Assembly: GCA_964620175.1 (NCBI GenBank)
Contig: CAZUIL010000001.1
Span: forward strand, 12,584 to 76,583
Source: an uncultured Candidatus Saccharibacteria bacterium
Lineage (GTDB): Bacteria > Patescibacteriota > Saccharimonadia > Saccharimonadales > CAYZZS01
Reading direction: 5' to 3'
Length of the DNA stretch: 64,000 nucleotides
Shown one piece after another: positions 41,455 through 49,847 of this stretch. Both the position numbers and the translations under genes were made by a program. The stretch's first letter is position 1; every line of letters starts with the position of its first letter. Below the pieces are notes generated by a model, which searched no databases, was not told the origin of the DNA, and was given only the letters and a program-made list of their open reading frames with translations.

Positions 41455-41928
41455 ATGCATCGCCACGGATACAAAGGGAGAAAATTCGGACGCGAGCGCG
41501 ACCAGCGCCGGGCGCTTATTAAGGGCCTGGCAGATTCGCTCATCTTACATGAGTCAATTGAGACGACGCTGCCGAAGGCCAAAGAGATTGTGCCCTATGT
41601 CGAAAAGCTTATCACCAAAGCCAAGAAAGGTGACTTGCACAGCCGCCGACAGGTCATAAGCGCATTGCAGACTGTTGAGAGCGCGCATAAGCTGGTGGAC
41701 GATATTGCGCCGAAGCTAAAGACGCGCACCAGCGGCCACTTACGTATAGAGAAAACCAAGCTGCGCCGTGGTGACAACGCCGAGCTTGCTAAGGTCAGCT
41801 TCGTTGATGATTTGAAGACGGCGAAGGCTCCTGCCGCGCAGGCGGCTGAGAAGCAGCCGGCGCCGAGAAAGGCGAAGCCCGCAGCCACTTCCCGCACCAA
41901 GGCAGCTGGTAAAAAGGAAAGTAAGTAA
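41455..41928 (+). CDS. rplQ: 50S ribosomal protein L17
   Basis: IETTLPKAKE, EKLITKAK, RRGDNA; Ala/Lys-rich tail. Confidence 0.98.
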   Translation: MHRHGYKGRKFGRERDQRRALIKGLADSLILHESIETTLPKAKEIVPYVEKLITKAKKGDLHSRRQVISALQTVESAHKLVDDIAPKLKTRTSGHLRIEKTKLRRGDNAELAKVSFVDDLKTAKAPAAQAAEKQPAPRKAKPAATSRTKAAGKKESK

Positions 41929-42368
41929 TGAAGACATACAGCGCTAAACCAAGTGAAGTAACACGCAAATGGTACCTGCTTGATGCCAGTGAGGCGCCGC
42001 TCGGTCGGGTTGCAACAAGGGTGGCTACACTGCTCACAGGCAAGCACAAGCCGATGTTTACCCGGCATATCGACTGCGGCGACTATGTCGTGGTAATCAA
42101 TGCCGCAAACCTGGTAGTGACCGGTGACAAGCTTGACGCAAAGCGATACTACCGCCACAGCGGATACCCTGGCGGGTTGAAGCAAACAACGCTCAAACAG
42201 CAGCTGGAAAAGGACCCAGCCGCGGCAGTAATGCATGCCGTCAGGGGAATGCTGCCGGCCAATAAACTTCGGCCGCAGCAACTCAAGCGCCTCAAGGTCT
42301 ACGCCGGCGAAGAGCATTCCCACATGGCACAGCAACCAGAAAAGATAGCAGTGAAGGACAGTAAATAA
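41928..42368 (+). CDS. rplM: 50S ribosomal protein L13
   Basis: GKHKP, DCGDYVVVINA, HSGYPGG, AVRGMLP. Confidence 0.99.
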   Translation: MKTYSAKPSEVTRKWYLLDASEAPLGRVATRVATLLTGKHKPMFTRHIDCGDYVVVINAANLVVTGDKLDAKRYYRHSGYPGGLKQTTLKQQLEKDPAAAVMHAVRGMLPANKLRPQQLKRLKVYAGEEHSHMAQQPEKIAVKDSK

Positions 42369-42369
42369 T

Positions 42370-42774
42370 ATGGCAACGAAAGCAAACAACTATTTCTACG
42401 CACTCGGACGGCGAAAAAGCTCTACCGCAAGGGTCAGGCTGACTGCCGGCAGCGGCAAGGTGACAATTAACGGGAAACCTGCCGAAGAGTACCTAGCCGG
42501 CAGCCGCAACTTGTCCGGCAAGATGATGAAGCCGTTTGCTGTGCTCGAGCAGGAGAACAAGTACGACATCAGCGCTGTTGTGAGTGGTGGCGGCCATAGC
42601 GGGCAGGTAGAGGCAATTCAGCTTGGCATTGCAAAGGCGCTGGCGGCAATGAACGAAGACCTGCGTGGCACCTTAAGGCGAGCTGAGCTGCTTGGCCGCG
42701 ACCCACGCGAGAAAGAGCGCAAGAAGTTCGGACTTAAGGGCGCGCGCAAGCAACGCCAGTTCACAAAGCGTTAG
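42370..42774 (+). CDS. rpsI: 30S ribosomal protein S9
   Basis: GRRKSS.ARV, GGG.SGQ, RDPREKERKK, QFTKR. Confidence 0.99.
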   Translation: MATKANNYFYALGRRKSSTARVRLTAGSGKVTINGKPAEEYLAGSRNLSGKMMKPFAVLEQENKYDISAVVSGGGHSGQVEAIQLGIAKALAAMNEDLRGTLRRAELLGRDPREKERKKFGLKGARKQRQFTKR

Positions 42775-42790
42775 ATTTGTAGTGGTTCCC

Positions 42791-42819
42791 TTGACAAGCG
42801 CTATGATTACCAGTATTGT
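42791..42819 (+). promoter_or_regulatory. sigma70 promoter of attenuated cassette 1
   Basis: TTGACA-N17-TATTGT. Confidence 0.7.
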
Positions 42820-42829
42820 CAGTATCGTT

Positions 42830-42901
42830 ATGAACAGCTTACGTGTTTACGGGTTTTACTTTTGGTTTAGCACCCTAGCCAACGGGCGGCCCGGTTCATA
42901 G
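42830..42901 (+). CDS. Putative aromatic-rich leader peptide (23 aa)
   Basis: MNSLRVYGFYFWFSTLANGRPGS*; contains GGGCGGC complementary to the downstream terminator stem. Confidence 0.65.
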   Translation: MNSLRVYGFYFWFSTLANGRPGS

Positions 42902-42932
42902 CGTATATACAACCTAACAAAACGAATAATAT

Positions 42933-42955
42933 GCCGCCCGAGAGGCGGCTTTTTT
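42933..42955 (+). terminator. Intrinsic terminator / attenuator
   Basis: GCCGCC-CGAGA-GGCGGC-TTTTTT. Confidence 0.85.
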
Positions 42956-42976
42956 AATCTGCAAAGGAGATAAACC

Positions 42977-43228
42977 ATGCACGACCAACAACGAAAACAA
43001 GAATTGGAGAAACTTGTCGAAAGTCTGGCTAATGACGAACGGCTGGTAAACGCCAACAGCCTTGAAATTTCCCAACGGATAGGCGAATGTGCGCGTACCG
43101 TACTGGGCTATGATCCAGGGAGAGAAATTATTACACTCAACGAGCAGGCACAGAATGATGTTTTGATGGTAATGCGGGGGCTGCGTGACGCCCTCTTCGT
43201 CCGACCACAGCAAGGTAGTGGTTTGTGA
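42977..43228 (+). CDS. Hypothetical 83-aa protein
   Basis: Strong SD AAAGGAG upstream; helical-looking sequence with no recognised family. Confidence 0.75.
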   Translation: MHDQQRKQELEKLVESLANDERLVNANSLEISQRIGECARTVLGYDPGREIITLNEQAQNDVLMVMRGLRDALFVRPQQGSGL

Positions 43229-43261
43229 GATAACGGCGAAGCCGTATAATACAGGTTAACT

Positions 43262-44293
43262 ATGGGTAAGACGACAATACTCACCGGACTGAGGGCAAAT
43301 AACGATTTGCATATCGGCAACTATTTTGGTGCGCTCCTGCCTACTATCGACATGGCAAAAAAACACGCCGGAGAATACCAAATAAACCTTTTCGTGCCTG
43401 ATTTGCACAGCTTCACAACGCCGATTGATCACAGTAAGCTTTATCAGCAAACGATGAATAATCTCAAGATTTTTGCTGCTGCTGGACTGCCCTTGGATAA
43501 TCCAGACGTATACATTTACCGCCAAAGCTACATTCCTGCTCATAGCGAACTCACCGTCATTCTCAACAGTTTTACCGGCTTCGGCGAGATGAGCCGTATG
43601 ACCCAGTTCAAGGATAAGTCGAGCAAACTTGCCGCAGAACGGATCAGCGTCGGCTTGTTTGATTACCCGGTTCTTATGGCAGCGGACATATTGTTATATC
43701 ACGCGGAGTTGATACCGGTTGGCGACGACCAAACGCAGCACATTGAATTTACGCGTGATATCGCCACGCGCCTCAACCGCCAGTTCGGCGAGCTTTTTGC
43801 AGTTCCGAAACCAGTCAAGCAGCAGCACGAATTCTTCGGTAAAGACCAGGGGCTGAGGATCAAAGATTTAGCTGATCCCACAAAGAAGATGAGTAAGTCA
43901 GAAGCTTCGGACAAAGGCATCGTATTCCTGATGGATAAGCCAGCGGACGCGGCCAAAAAGGTGCTTGCCGCTACGACCGACAGCGTCGGCAGCGTAAACT
44001 ATGATCCGGAGAACCAGCCGGGCATCAGTAACTTGCTCCAGATCTTAGCGCTGCTTACCGACACCCCGCTCGAGGCAGTCAGCAAGCAGTACCATGGCCA
44101 GTCGAGCTACGCCGACCTAAAGCGGGCGGTAGCCGAGCAGGTGGAGCGGTTTTTGACTAACTTCCAGCAAGCCTACCAGCACATTGACGAAGCGGCGCTC
44201 CTCAGTAAGCTGGAGGCATCGGAGGCGGCTATGTCGCAAGTAGCCGACGCCACCCTTGCGAAAGTCCAGAAGGCTGTAGGTTTGCGGCCATAA
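43262..44293 (+). CDS. trpS: Tryptophan--tRNA ligase
   Basis: HIGN, YPVLMAADILLY, PVGDDQ.QH, KMSKS. Confidence 0.98.
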   Translation: MGKTTILTGLRANNDLHIGNYFGALLPTIDMAKKHAGEYQINLFVPDLHSFTTPIDHSKLYQQTMNNLKIFAAAGLPLDNPDVYIYRQSYIPAHSELTVILNSFTGFGEMSRMTQFKDKSSKLAAERISVGLFDYPVLMAADILLYHAELIPVGDDQTQHIEFTRDIATRLNRQFGELFAVPKPVKQQHEFFGKDQGLRIKDLADPTKKMSKSEASDKGIVFLMDKPADAAKKVLAATTDSVGSVNYDPENQPGISNLLQILALLTDTPLEAVSKQYHGQSSYADLKRAVAEQVERFLTNFQQAYQHIDEAALLSKLEASEAAMSQVADATLAKVQKAVGLRP

Positions 44294-44294
44294 T

Positions 44295-45164
44295 ATGCGC
44301 CGGACAATCATTGTTGACGACAGCGACGCGCAGCAACGGCTCGACAGCTTTATAACCGAGAATATTTCGGAGCTAAACCGCAGCTACGCGCAGCAGCTTA
44401 TCGATAGCGGCAGCGTAACGGTCAATGGCAAGGCTAAAAAGCCGTCATATAAACTGCGGCCTAATGACTCAATAACGCTCGAAGCTGACCTTAAGAGCAA
44501 GGCCGCCCAACCGGCAGTCAGCCTGCCGGTGATTTACGAAGATGAACACGTCGTTGTTATTGATAAGCCGGCCGGCGTGCTAACACACAGCAAGGGCAGC
44601 TTCAACCCAGAGGCAACTGTAGCAACCTTTATCGCCCCGAAGCTGCAGGGCTTGAAGGGGGAACGTGCCGGCATCGTCCACCGGCTCGACCGGGACACCT
44701 CAGGCGTTATGATATGTGCAAAGGACCAAGCAACCATGGCCATCCTGCAGAAGCAGTTTTCGGTCCGCACCGTGGAGAAGGAGTACATCGCGGTGGTAGA
44801 GGGGAATCTTGACCCGAAACAGGCGGTGATTGACGTGCCGATAGAGCGCAACCCCAAGCGGCCGCAAACTTTTCGGGCAGGCAGCAATGGCAAGCCGGCC
44901 CAAACCACGTACACCGTACTTGAGGAGAAAAACGGTTACAGCGTCGTCCAGCTTGCGCCCAGGACCGGCCGCACCCATCAGCTTCGGGTGCATCTCGCTT
45001 ACCTTAAGCACCCCATCGTAGGTGACAGGCTTTATGGCGGCAAACCGGCTGACCGGCTGTACCTGCATGCCTCCAAGCTGGACATACGCCTGCCGGACGG
45101 ACGGCGAATGACCTTCACCGCGCCACTGCCGGATGAGTTTAGCAAGTTAGGGGGACAGGCGTGA
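44295..45164 (+). CDS. rluD: RluA/RluD-family 23S rRNA pseudouridine synthase
   Basis: N-terminal S4 domain, DKPAG, VHRLDRDTSG, TGRTHQLRVH, GDRLYG. Confidence 0.9.
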   Translation: MRRTIIVDDSDAQQRLDSFITENISELNRSYAQQLIDSGSVTVNGKAKKPSYKLRPNDSITLEADLKSKAAQPAVSLPVIYEDEHVVVIDKPAGVLTHSKGSFNPEATVATFIAPKLQGLKGERAGIVHRLDRDTSGVMICAKDQATMAILQKQFSVRTVEKEYIAVVEGNLDPKQAVIDVPIERNPKRPQTFRAGSNGKPAQTTYTVLEEKNGYSVVQLAPRTGRTHQLRVHLAYLKHPIVGDRLYGGKPADRLYLHASKLDIRLPDGRRMTFTAPLPDEFSKLGGQA

Positions 45165-46021
45165 CGGCACTCGTCCTCCATGGCCAGGTTGCCGCGGCGG
45201 TGGGGCGGTTCCTGGCAAAGCCAGCCCACGCTCTCATTATTGAAGGCGTGCCCGGCAGCGGCAAGCTGACGCTTGCTCGCCACATTGCCGAAGGAATTTT
45301 AAACATAGAGGGCAAGCTCGACAGTTACGGATATTTTCTGCAGTTGTCGCCAAACGGCGGGACCATTCCAATCGATGCGGTCCGCAGTCTGCGTTCGTTT
45401 TTGAAGCTAAAGACCGTGGGCAACGGTTCGATCAGGCGCGTCGTGATAATTGAAAACGCCGAGAGCATGACGGCCGAGGCCCAGAACGCCGTGTTAAAGC
45501 TTTTGGAAGAGCCGCCGGCTGACACTGTCATATTGCTCACTGCCACAAACGCCAGGCTGTTGCTGCCAACCATCGCATCGCGGACGCAGCGCCTGGCCAT
45601 TAAGAGTCCGCCCAAAACGGCGGTAGCCACGGCGTTTTCTTCAGCACCGAAGGACGCTGTAGACCGCGCTTACCTCATCAGCGCCGGCGCCATGGGGCTC
45701 TTTACAATGCTAGTAGAGAACCAACAGGATCACACGCTGCTCCAAAATATCGACCGCGCCAAGCGGCTGCTGGCAGCAAGCCGGTTCGAACGGGTCGCAG
45801 GCATTGAGCAGTTAGGTAAGGACCGCGGGCAGCTCATTGAGCTGCTGTACGCGCTAAAGAAGATTGCCCGGGCAGCCATGCTACAATCAGCAGCTAACGG
45901 TAAAAATTCCGAGACAGCACGGTGGATCACCATGAGCAGGCAACTGAACGCTGCCGAAGCCGCACTGGCCGCCAACGCCGTGCCAAAGCTGGTACTATCC
46001 CAGCTGTTCCTCAACATTTGA
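45161..46021 (+). CDS. holB: DNA polymerase III delta' subunit
   Basis: HALIIEG.PGSGK, AESMTAEAQNAVLKLLEEPP, LLPTIASR. Confidence 0.9.
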   Translation: MTALVLHGQVAAAVGRFLAKPAHALIIEGVPGSGKLTLARHIAEGILNIEGKLDSYGYFLQLSPNGGTIPIDAVRSLRSFLKLKTVGNGSIRRVVIIENAESMTAEAQNAVLKLLEEPPADTVILLTATNARLLLPTIASRTQRLAIKSPPKTAVATAFSSAPKDAVDRAYLISAGAMGLFTMLVENQQDHTLLQNIDRAKRLLAASRFERVAGIEQLGKDRGQLIELLYALKKIARAAMLQSAANGKNSETARWITMSRQLNAAEAALAANAVPKLVLSQLFLNI

Positions 46022-46034
46022 TATAATCAATCGT

Positions 46035-46688
46035 ATGCTCGAGCTCACTATCGTAGCTGCCTTTGGGTACTTTGCCTACCGCAATACGACTATACGTGAT
46101 GAAGAACTTTCTGCGCTCCCACGGCGTATTAGCGACAAGCTTGGCAAGCTGTGGGACATTGCGCACCAGGGAATGCGTGAAAACCGCTTTCTCCGCGCTG
46201 AGAAGGCGCTCTTGACCATACTGAAAATCGATGAGAAAAACGCTGCCGCCTACAACCGCCTAGGGATTCTGTACGCAAAGCAAAAGGAATACAAAGACGC
46301 TATAGACTGCTTTGAGATAGCTTCCAGTATCGAAGCCACTCCCTCCAGCCTCCATAACCTCGGTCTCATTTATTACGAGACAGAGAATTACCAGAAGGCG
46401 GCAGTGGCGTTTGAGCAGGCACTGAAGCTCGAAGACGGTCTGGCTGCCCGGCATGTGGCCTATGCTAAAGTCCAGGAAAAGCTCGGTAATGACAAATTGA
46501 TGTTCCAGGAACTAGACCGCGCTGTTGAGCTCGAGCCGAACCAAGAGACCTACGGATTGCTCCTCAAGGCCTATGAGGCGCGGGGAATGGAAGCCGAAGC
46601 CGACGAAGTCCGCGAAAAGCTCAAGAAACTCATCGTGCCGTCTGGGAAGTCCAAGCGCATCCTCCGCCCCAAGCGTGTCGTAATATAA
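46035..46688 (+). CDS. Tetratricopeptide repeat protein
   Basis: AAYNRLGILY, SLHNLGLIYY, AFEQALKLE, RAVELEP repeats; N-terminal hydrophobic stretch. Confidence 0.85.
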   Translation: MLELTIVAAFGYFAYRNTTIRDEELSALPRRISDKLGKLWDIAHQGMRENRFLRAEKALLTILKIDEKNAAAYNRLGILYAKQKEYKDAIDCFEIASSIEATPSSLHNLGLIYYETENYQKAAVAFEQALKLEDGLAARHVAYAKVQEKLGNDKLMFQELDRAVELEPNQETYGLLLKAYEARGMEAEADEVREKLKKLIVPSGKSKRILRPKRVVI

Positions 46689-46770
46689 GCATTTATTATT
46701 CCTTCGGCTCGGTTGCAATTCAGTTTGTGACGCTCTCTCATCGCCTCAATATGGCAACTGTACCGGCAAG

Positions 46771-46800
46771 AAAAAACAAGCCTGGAATGGCTCGTCTTTT
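46771..46800 (-). terminator. Terminator downstream of the duplicated tRNA-Tyr 3' end
   Basis: Minus strand AAGACGAGCC-ATTCCA-GGCTTGTTTTTT. Confidence 0.6.
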
Positions 46801-46801
46801 T

Positions 46802-47011
46802 ATGGTGCAGAGGGAGGGATTCAAGTGGAATTGGCTGGCGCATAAGGTATGCACAGCTTATATATACGACGCTTCGCTCGAGGCTACAAAAACACCCACT
46901 GGGTATTTTTGCCCCGAAGGCTTCCCTCGTGCGTTCAAATCATCATCTATCAAGAATCCTCCATAGCTCCCAAAAAGGGAGCGACGGAGGATGGTGCAGA
47001 GGGAGGGATTC
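46802..47011 (-). repeat. 21-bp direct repeat of the tRNA-Tyr 3' end enclosing a structured ~170 bp segment
   Basis: ATGGTGCAGAGGGAGGGATTC at 46802-46822 and 46991-47011 (189 bp period); internal inverted repeats at 46887-46911 and 46956-46992. Confidence 0.85.
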
Positions 47012-47077
47012 GAACCCCCGAAGGCGAATGCCAGCAGATTTACAGTCTGCCGTGTTTGACCGCTTCACTACCTCTGC
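46992..47077 (-). tRNA. tRNA-Tyr(GTA)
   Basis: GCAGAGG/CCTCTGC acceptor, GCAGA-CTGTAAA-TCTGC anticodon arm, long variable arm, CCA. Confidence 0.97.
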
Positions 47078-47172
47078 ATTGCGGAGAAGCGCGTGGCTTC
47101 TCCGACAAATTGTAACACCTCTTGTTAACTACACCCGACATTTAGCATCCTCGCACAATGCTAAATATATAG

Positions 47173-47248
47173 TGGAGCCGGCAGAGGGATTCGAACCCAC
47201 GACCCGCTGTTTACAAAACAGCTGCTCTGGCCACTGAGCTATGCCGGC
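47173..47248 (-). tRNA. tRNA-Thr(TGT)
   Basis: GCCGGCA/TGCCGGC acceptor, GCTGT-TTTGTAA-ACAGC anticodon arm, GTTCGAA, CCA. Confidence 0.97.
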
Positions 47249-47418
47249 ATTTTCCAAAATTCCAAGGATGAAGTTTACCATAATAAGGGGAGTTTTGCCA
47301 CTGGATCGGGCGTGCAGCCGGGCTGCGGCTGGCCGCTCAGGCCAAGAACCCCTTCCACATAGCTGAAAAAGCTGGTAGTATTTTAATCTGTTAGCGGGAG
47401 AACGGCTTTAGCCGTGTT

Positions 47419-47493
47419 GCCCAAGTAGCTCAGTGGTAGAGCGCATCCATGGTAAGGATGAGGTCACGAGTTCAATCCTCGTCTTGGGCTCCA
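47419..47493 (+). tRNA. tRNA-Thr(GGT)
   Basis: GCCCAAG/CTTGGGC acceptor, CATCC-ATGGTAA-GGATG anticodon arm, GTTCAA, CCA. Confidence 0.97.
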
Positions 47494-47502
47494 TTTTTAT
47501 TT

Positions 47503-47865
47503 ATGCGTAGGAATAATCAAGAATACGGGCCAGCATACTATCAGCATAGGCGCAGTTTACGGGTAATGGCAGCGATCGGCGGGTTTATGATGGCGCTGGG
47601 TGCTGTTGGGATAAGCTACACAGAACGCTATACCGCGGAGCGCGATCTCGCAGCAATAACTACCGGGGTCGGTGGTGCAGTCCTGGCAGGTGTTGGTATT
47701 TGTATGGCCATGAAAGATTCGTCAGAATACCATGAGAATGGAAGAAACACCGCCTTGGTCGATGATCCTGAGGACTGCTGTGACGAAGAAGAGCTGTGGG
47801 AAAACGTGGTAATCGAAACCGATTGGATCAATGAGGTCGAAAAATACGCCAACGGCCAGCGCTGA
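47503..47865 (+). CDS. Hypothetical two-TM Gly/Ala-rich protein with acidic tail
   Basis: ATG 47503 just after tRNA-Thr; hydrophobic hairpin, then a DDPEDCCDEEE tail. Confidence 0.65.
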   Translation: MRRNNQEYGPAYYQHRRSLRVMAAIGGFMMALGAVGISYTERYTAERDLAAITTGVGGAVLAGVGICMAMKDSSEYHENGRNTALVDDPEDCCDEEELWENVVIETDWINEVEKYANGQR

Positions 47866-47937
47866 GGCCATAGGTGTTGAAAACTGAGCATAATCTGTTA
47901 CAATACCAGGTAATAAGTTATAGAGGTTAGGTTTTAA

Positions 47938-48141
47938 ATGGCCAAAAAAGGCGATAAACGAAAAGTGATTGGTTTGGTGTGCGAGGAGTCCGGACACCGC
48001 CATTATTACACGACCAAGAATACCCAGAACAGCCCAGAGAAACTGCAGCTGCGTAAGTATAATCCTATCCTGCGCAAGCATACGCTCTACGTCGAGACCA
48101 AGAAAAACCTTGGCCGAAACGAAGTAAAACCTAAGAAATAA
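47938..48141 (+). CDS. rpmG: 50S ribosomal protein L33
   Basis: YYTTKN..N.PEKLQLRKYNP.LRKHTL. Confidence 0.97.
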   Translation: MAKKGDKRKVIGLVCEESGHRHYYTTKNTQNSPEKLQLRKYNPILRKHTLYVETKKNLGRNEVKPKK

Positions 48142-48155
48142 GGTAAGTCGGGTGG

Positions 48156-48212
48156 GCGCTACATATAGTGCAGGTACACCATATGTAGTAGCAAGCACGC
48201 TATATGTAGCGT
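48156..48212. repeat. Three 16-bp imperfect palindromes (NrdR-box-like) in a convergent intergenic gap
   Basis: gcgCtAcATaTaGtgc (48156), acaCcAtATgTaGtag (48176), acgCtAtATgTaGcgt (48197). Confidence 0.5.
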
Positions 48213-48226
48213 GTCCCTGCTGCTTG

Positions 48227-48303
48227 TGGCAGGAGTGGAGGGACTCGAACCCCCGACACCCGGTTTTGGAGACCGGTGCTCTAGCCACCTGAGCTACACT
48301 CCT
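48227..48303 (-). tRNA. tRNA-Trp(CCA)
   Basis: AGGAGTG/CACTCCT acceptor, CCGGT-CTCCAAA-ACCGG anticodon arm, GTTCGAG, CCA. Confidence 0.97.
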
Positions 48304-48456
48304 ATCAGAAACACAGGGGTACACACTTAAAAGGTGCTTGCAGCGTAGCCGTCTGGCTACGCGTCCTCTTACGACAATCATACCTGATAGGAAGCCAAAT
48401 GTCATCCGTATGTCCTTTTCAGATACCAGTTAATCTGTTATACAATATGGGTACCT

Positions 48457-49116
48457 ATGAGCAAGATCACCGTTACCAAACCGTTATTGATAATGATGTA
48501 CGGATTTCCCGGGTCAGGTAAGACCTATTTCGCCCGCCAATTCTGCGAGGCAGTGAGCGCCGCCCATTTGGAAGGTGATAGGATCCGCAGCGAACTCTTT
48601 GAAAACCCGAGATACGACAAGCAGGAAAATGATATCGTAACGCACTTGATGGAGTATATGGCCGAGGAATTCCTCAAGGCCGGCGTAAGCGTAGTCTACG
48701 ACCTGAACGCCATGCGTCTTGCCCAACGGCGGGTGCTACGGGATATCGCCCGGAAGGCACATGCCAGCCACCTGCTGATATGGCAGCAAATCGATCCCGA
48801 ATCTGCACTGCTGCGGTCAACGAGCCGTGACCGGCGCCGGAGTGACGACAAACACGCCGCGCCGCTCGACAAGGACACCTTTGAGCGGGTTGCCAGCTAT
48901 ATGCAGAACCCTAAAAATGAGGACTACATGGTAATCAGTGGCAAGCATACGTTCAATACCCAAAAGAGCGCCGTACTCAAGCGGCTGTATGACCAAGGCA
49001 TAATTACCTCGGATACCGCGTCGTCGCACGTCGTAAAACCAGGGCTGGTAAACCTGGTGCCGAACCCAATGGGCGGGCGCGTTGACATTAGCCGGAGAAA
49101 CATAGTTATCCGTTGA
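48457..49116 (+). CDS. P-loop kinase (AAA_33-like)
   Basis: MYGFPGSGKT Walker A, D.IR..L, GVSVVYD. Confidence 0.85.
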   Translation: MSKITVTKPLLIMMYGFPGSGKTYFARQFCEAVSAAHLEGDRIRSELFENPRYDKQENDIVTHLMEYMAEEFLKAGVSVVYDLNAMRLAQRRVLRDIARKAHASHLLIWQQIDPESALLRSTSRDRRRSDDKHAAPLDKDTFERVASYMQNPKNEDYMVISGKHTFNTQKSAVLKRLYDQGIITSDTASSHVVKPGLVNLVPNPMGGRVDISRRNIVIR

Positions 49117-49117
49117 C

Positions 49118-49840
49118 ATGGCAGCAAAACTGCTCGATATACCGGGCATCGGGCCGGTCAAACTCTACAAGCGGCGCCGCTCAAAATCCATACGTCTCTC
49201 CATCGCCTCGGACGGCCAGGTCCGAGTTACCATGCCGCCCTGGCTGCCCTACATGGCCGGCGTTGAGTTTGCCAAATCAAAGCAGGCATGGATACGGGAA
49301 CACCTTACCCAAACCCAGGCTGTCTTCGGGCACGGAGACAGGATCGGCAAAGCCCATACCCTGGTACTTTCGCAAAATGGCGCGGCAAGAATCAGTACGC
49401 GCATAAGCGGCAGCAGCATCAGGGTCAACGTGCCTATGAGCCTGCCGAGCGAACACCCCGATATCCAAGCCGCGATCAAAACCGCCTCTATACGTGCGCT
49501 TCGTAGCCAGTCCGAGCAGCTGCTAACGCAGCGTCTTGCCGAACTGGCCGTGCAGCACGGCTTTACCTACCGCTCGATTTCTATCAAACAACTCAGGCGC
49601 CGGTGGGGCAGCTGCAACAGTGAGGGCGACATAGCATTGAACCTGTTCCTGATGCAACTGCCCTGGGAACTTATAGATTACGTAATCCTGCACGAATTGG
49701 TCCATACGGAAGTATTGCACCATGGCAAGGAATTCTGGGATGCACTTGAATCAGTCTTGCCTAATTCCAGACGGCTGCGGACAGAAATCAAGAAGTACCA
49801 GCCATCACTGCAAGCGCAAAACGTAACCAGTATGGCATAA
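49118..49840 (+). CDS. YgjP/DUF45-family zincin metallohydrolase
   Basis: RRWGSC, IDYVILHELVH, HHGKEFW. Confidence 0.9.
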   Translation: MAAKLLDIPGIGPVKLYKRRRSKSIRLSIASDGQVRVTMPPWLPYMAGVEFAKSKQAWIREHLTQTQAVFGHGDRIGKAHTLVLSQNGAARISTRISGSSIRVNVPMSLPSEHPDIQAAIKTASIRALRSQSEQLLTQRLAELAVQHGFTYRSISIKQLRRRWGSCNSEGDIALNLFLMQLPWELIDYVILHELVHTEVLHHGKEFWDALESVLPNSRRLRTEIKKYQPSLQAQNVTSMA

Positions 49841-49847
49841 TAGCATT

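Noticed and set aside
12788-42774. Numerous minus-strand and alternate-frame ORFs over rpoBC, fusA, tuf and ribosomal genes
   Set aside because: They overlap unambiguous conserved genes and show no recognisable motifs.
46802-47011. Intact prophage or integrative element at tRNA-Tyr
   Set aside because: Only ~170 bp lie between the repeats and there is no integrase. Kept as a repeat-element finding instead.
46727-47237. Plus-strand ORFs of 79-102 aa
   Set aside because: They overlap tRNA-Tyr, tRNA-Thr and the tRNA-linked repeat on the opposite strand.
48156-48212. Mini-CRISPR array
   Set aside because: Repeats are 16 bp and degenerate with 4-5 bp spacers, and there are no cas genes in the window.
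47722-48405. 227-aa minus-strand ORF
   Set aside because: It runs through tRNA-Trp and antisense to rpmG.
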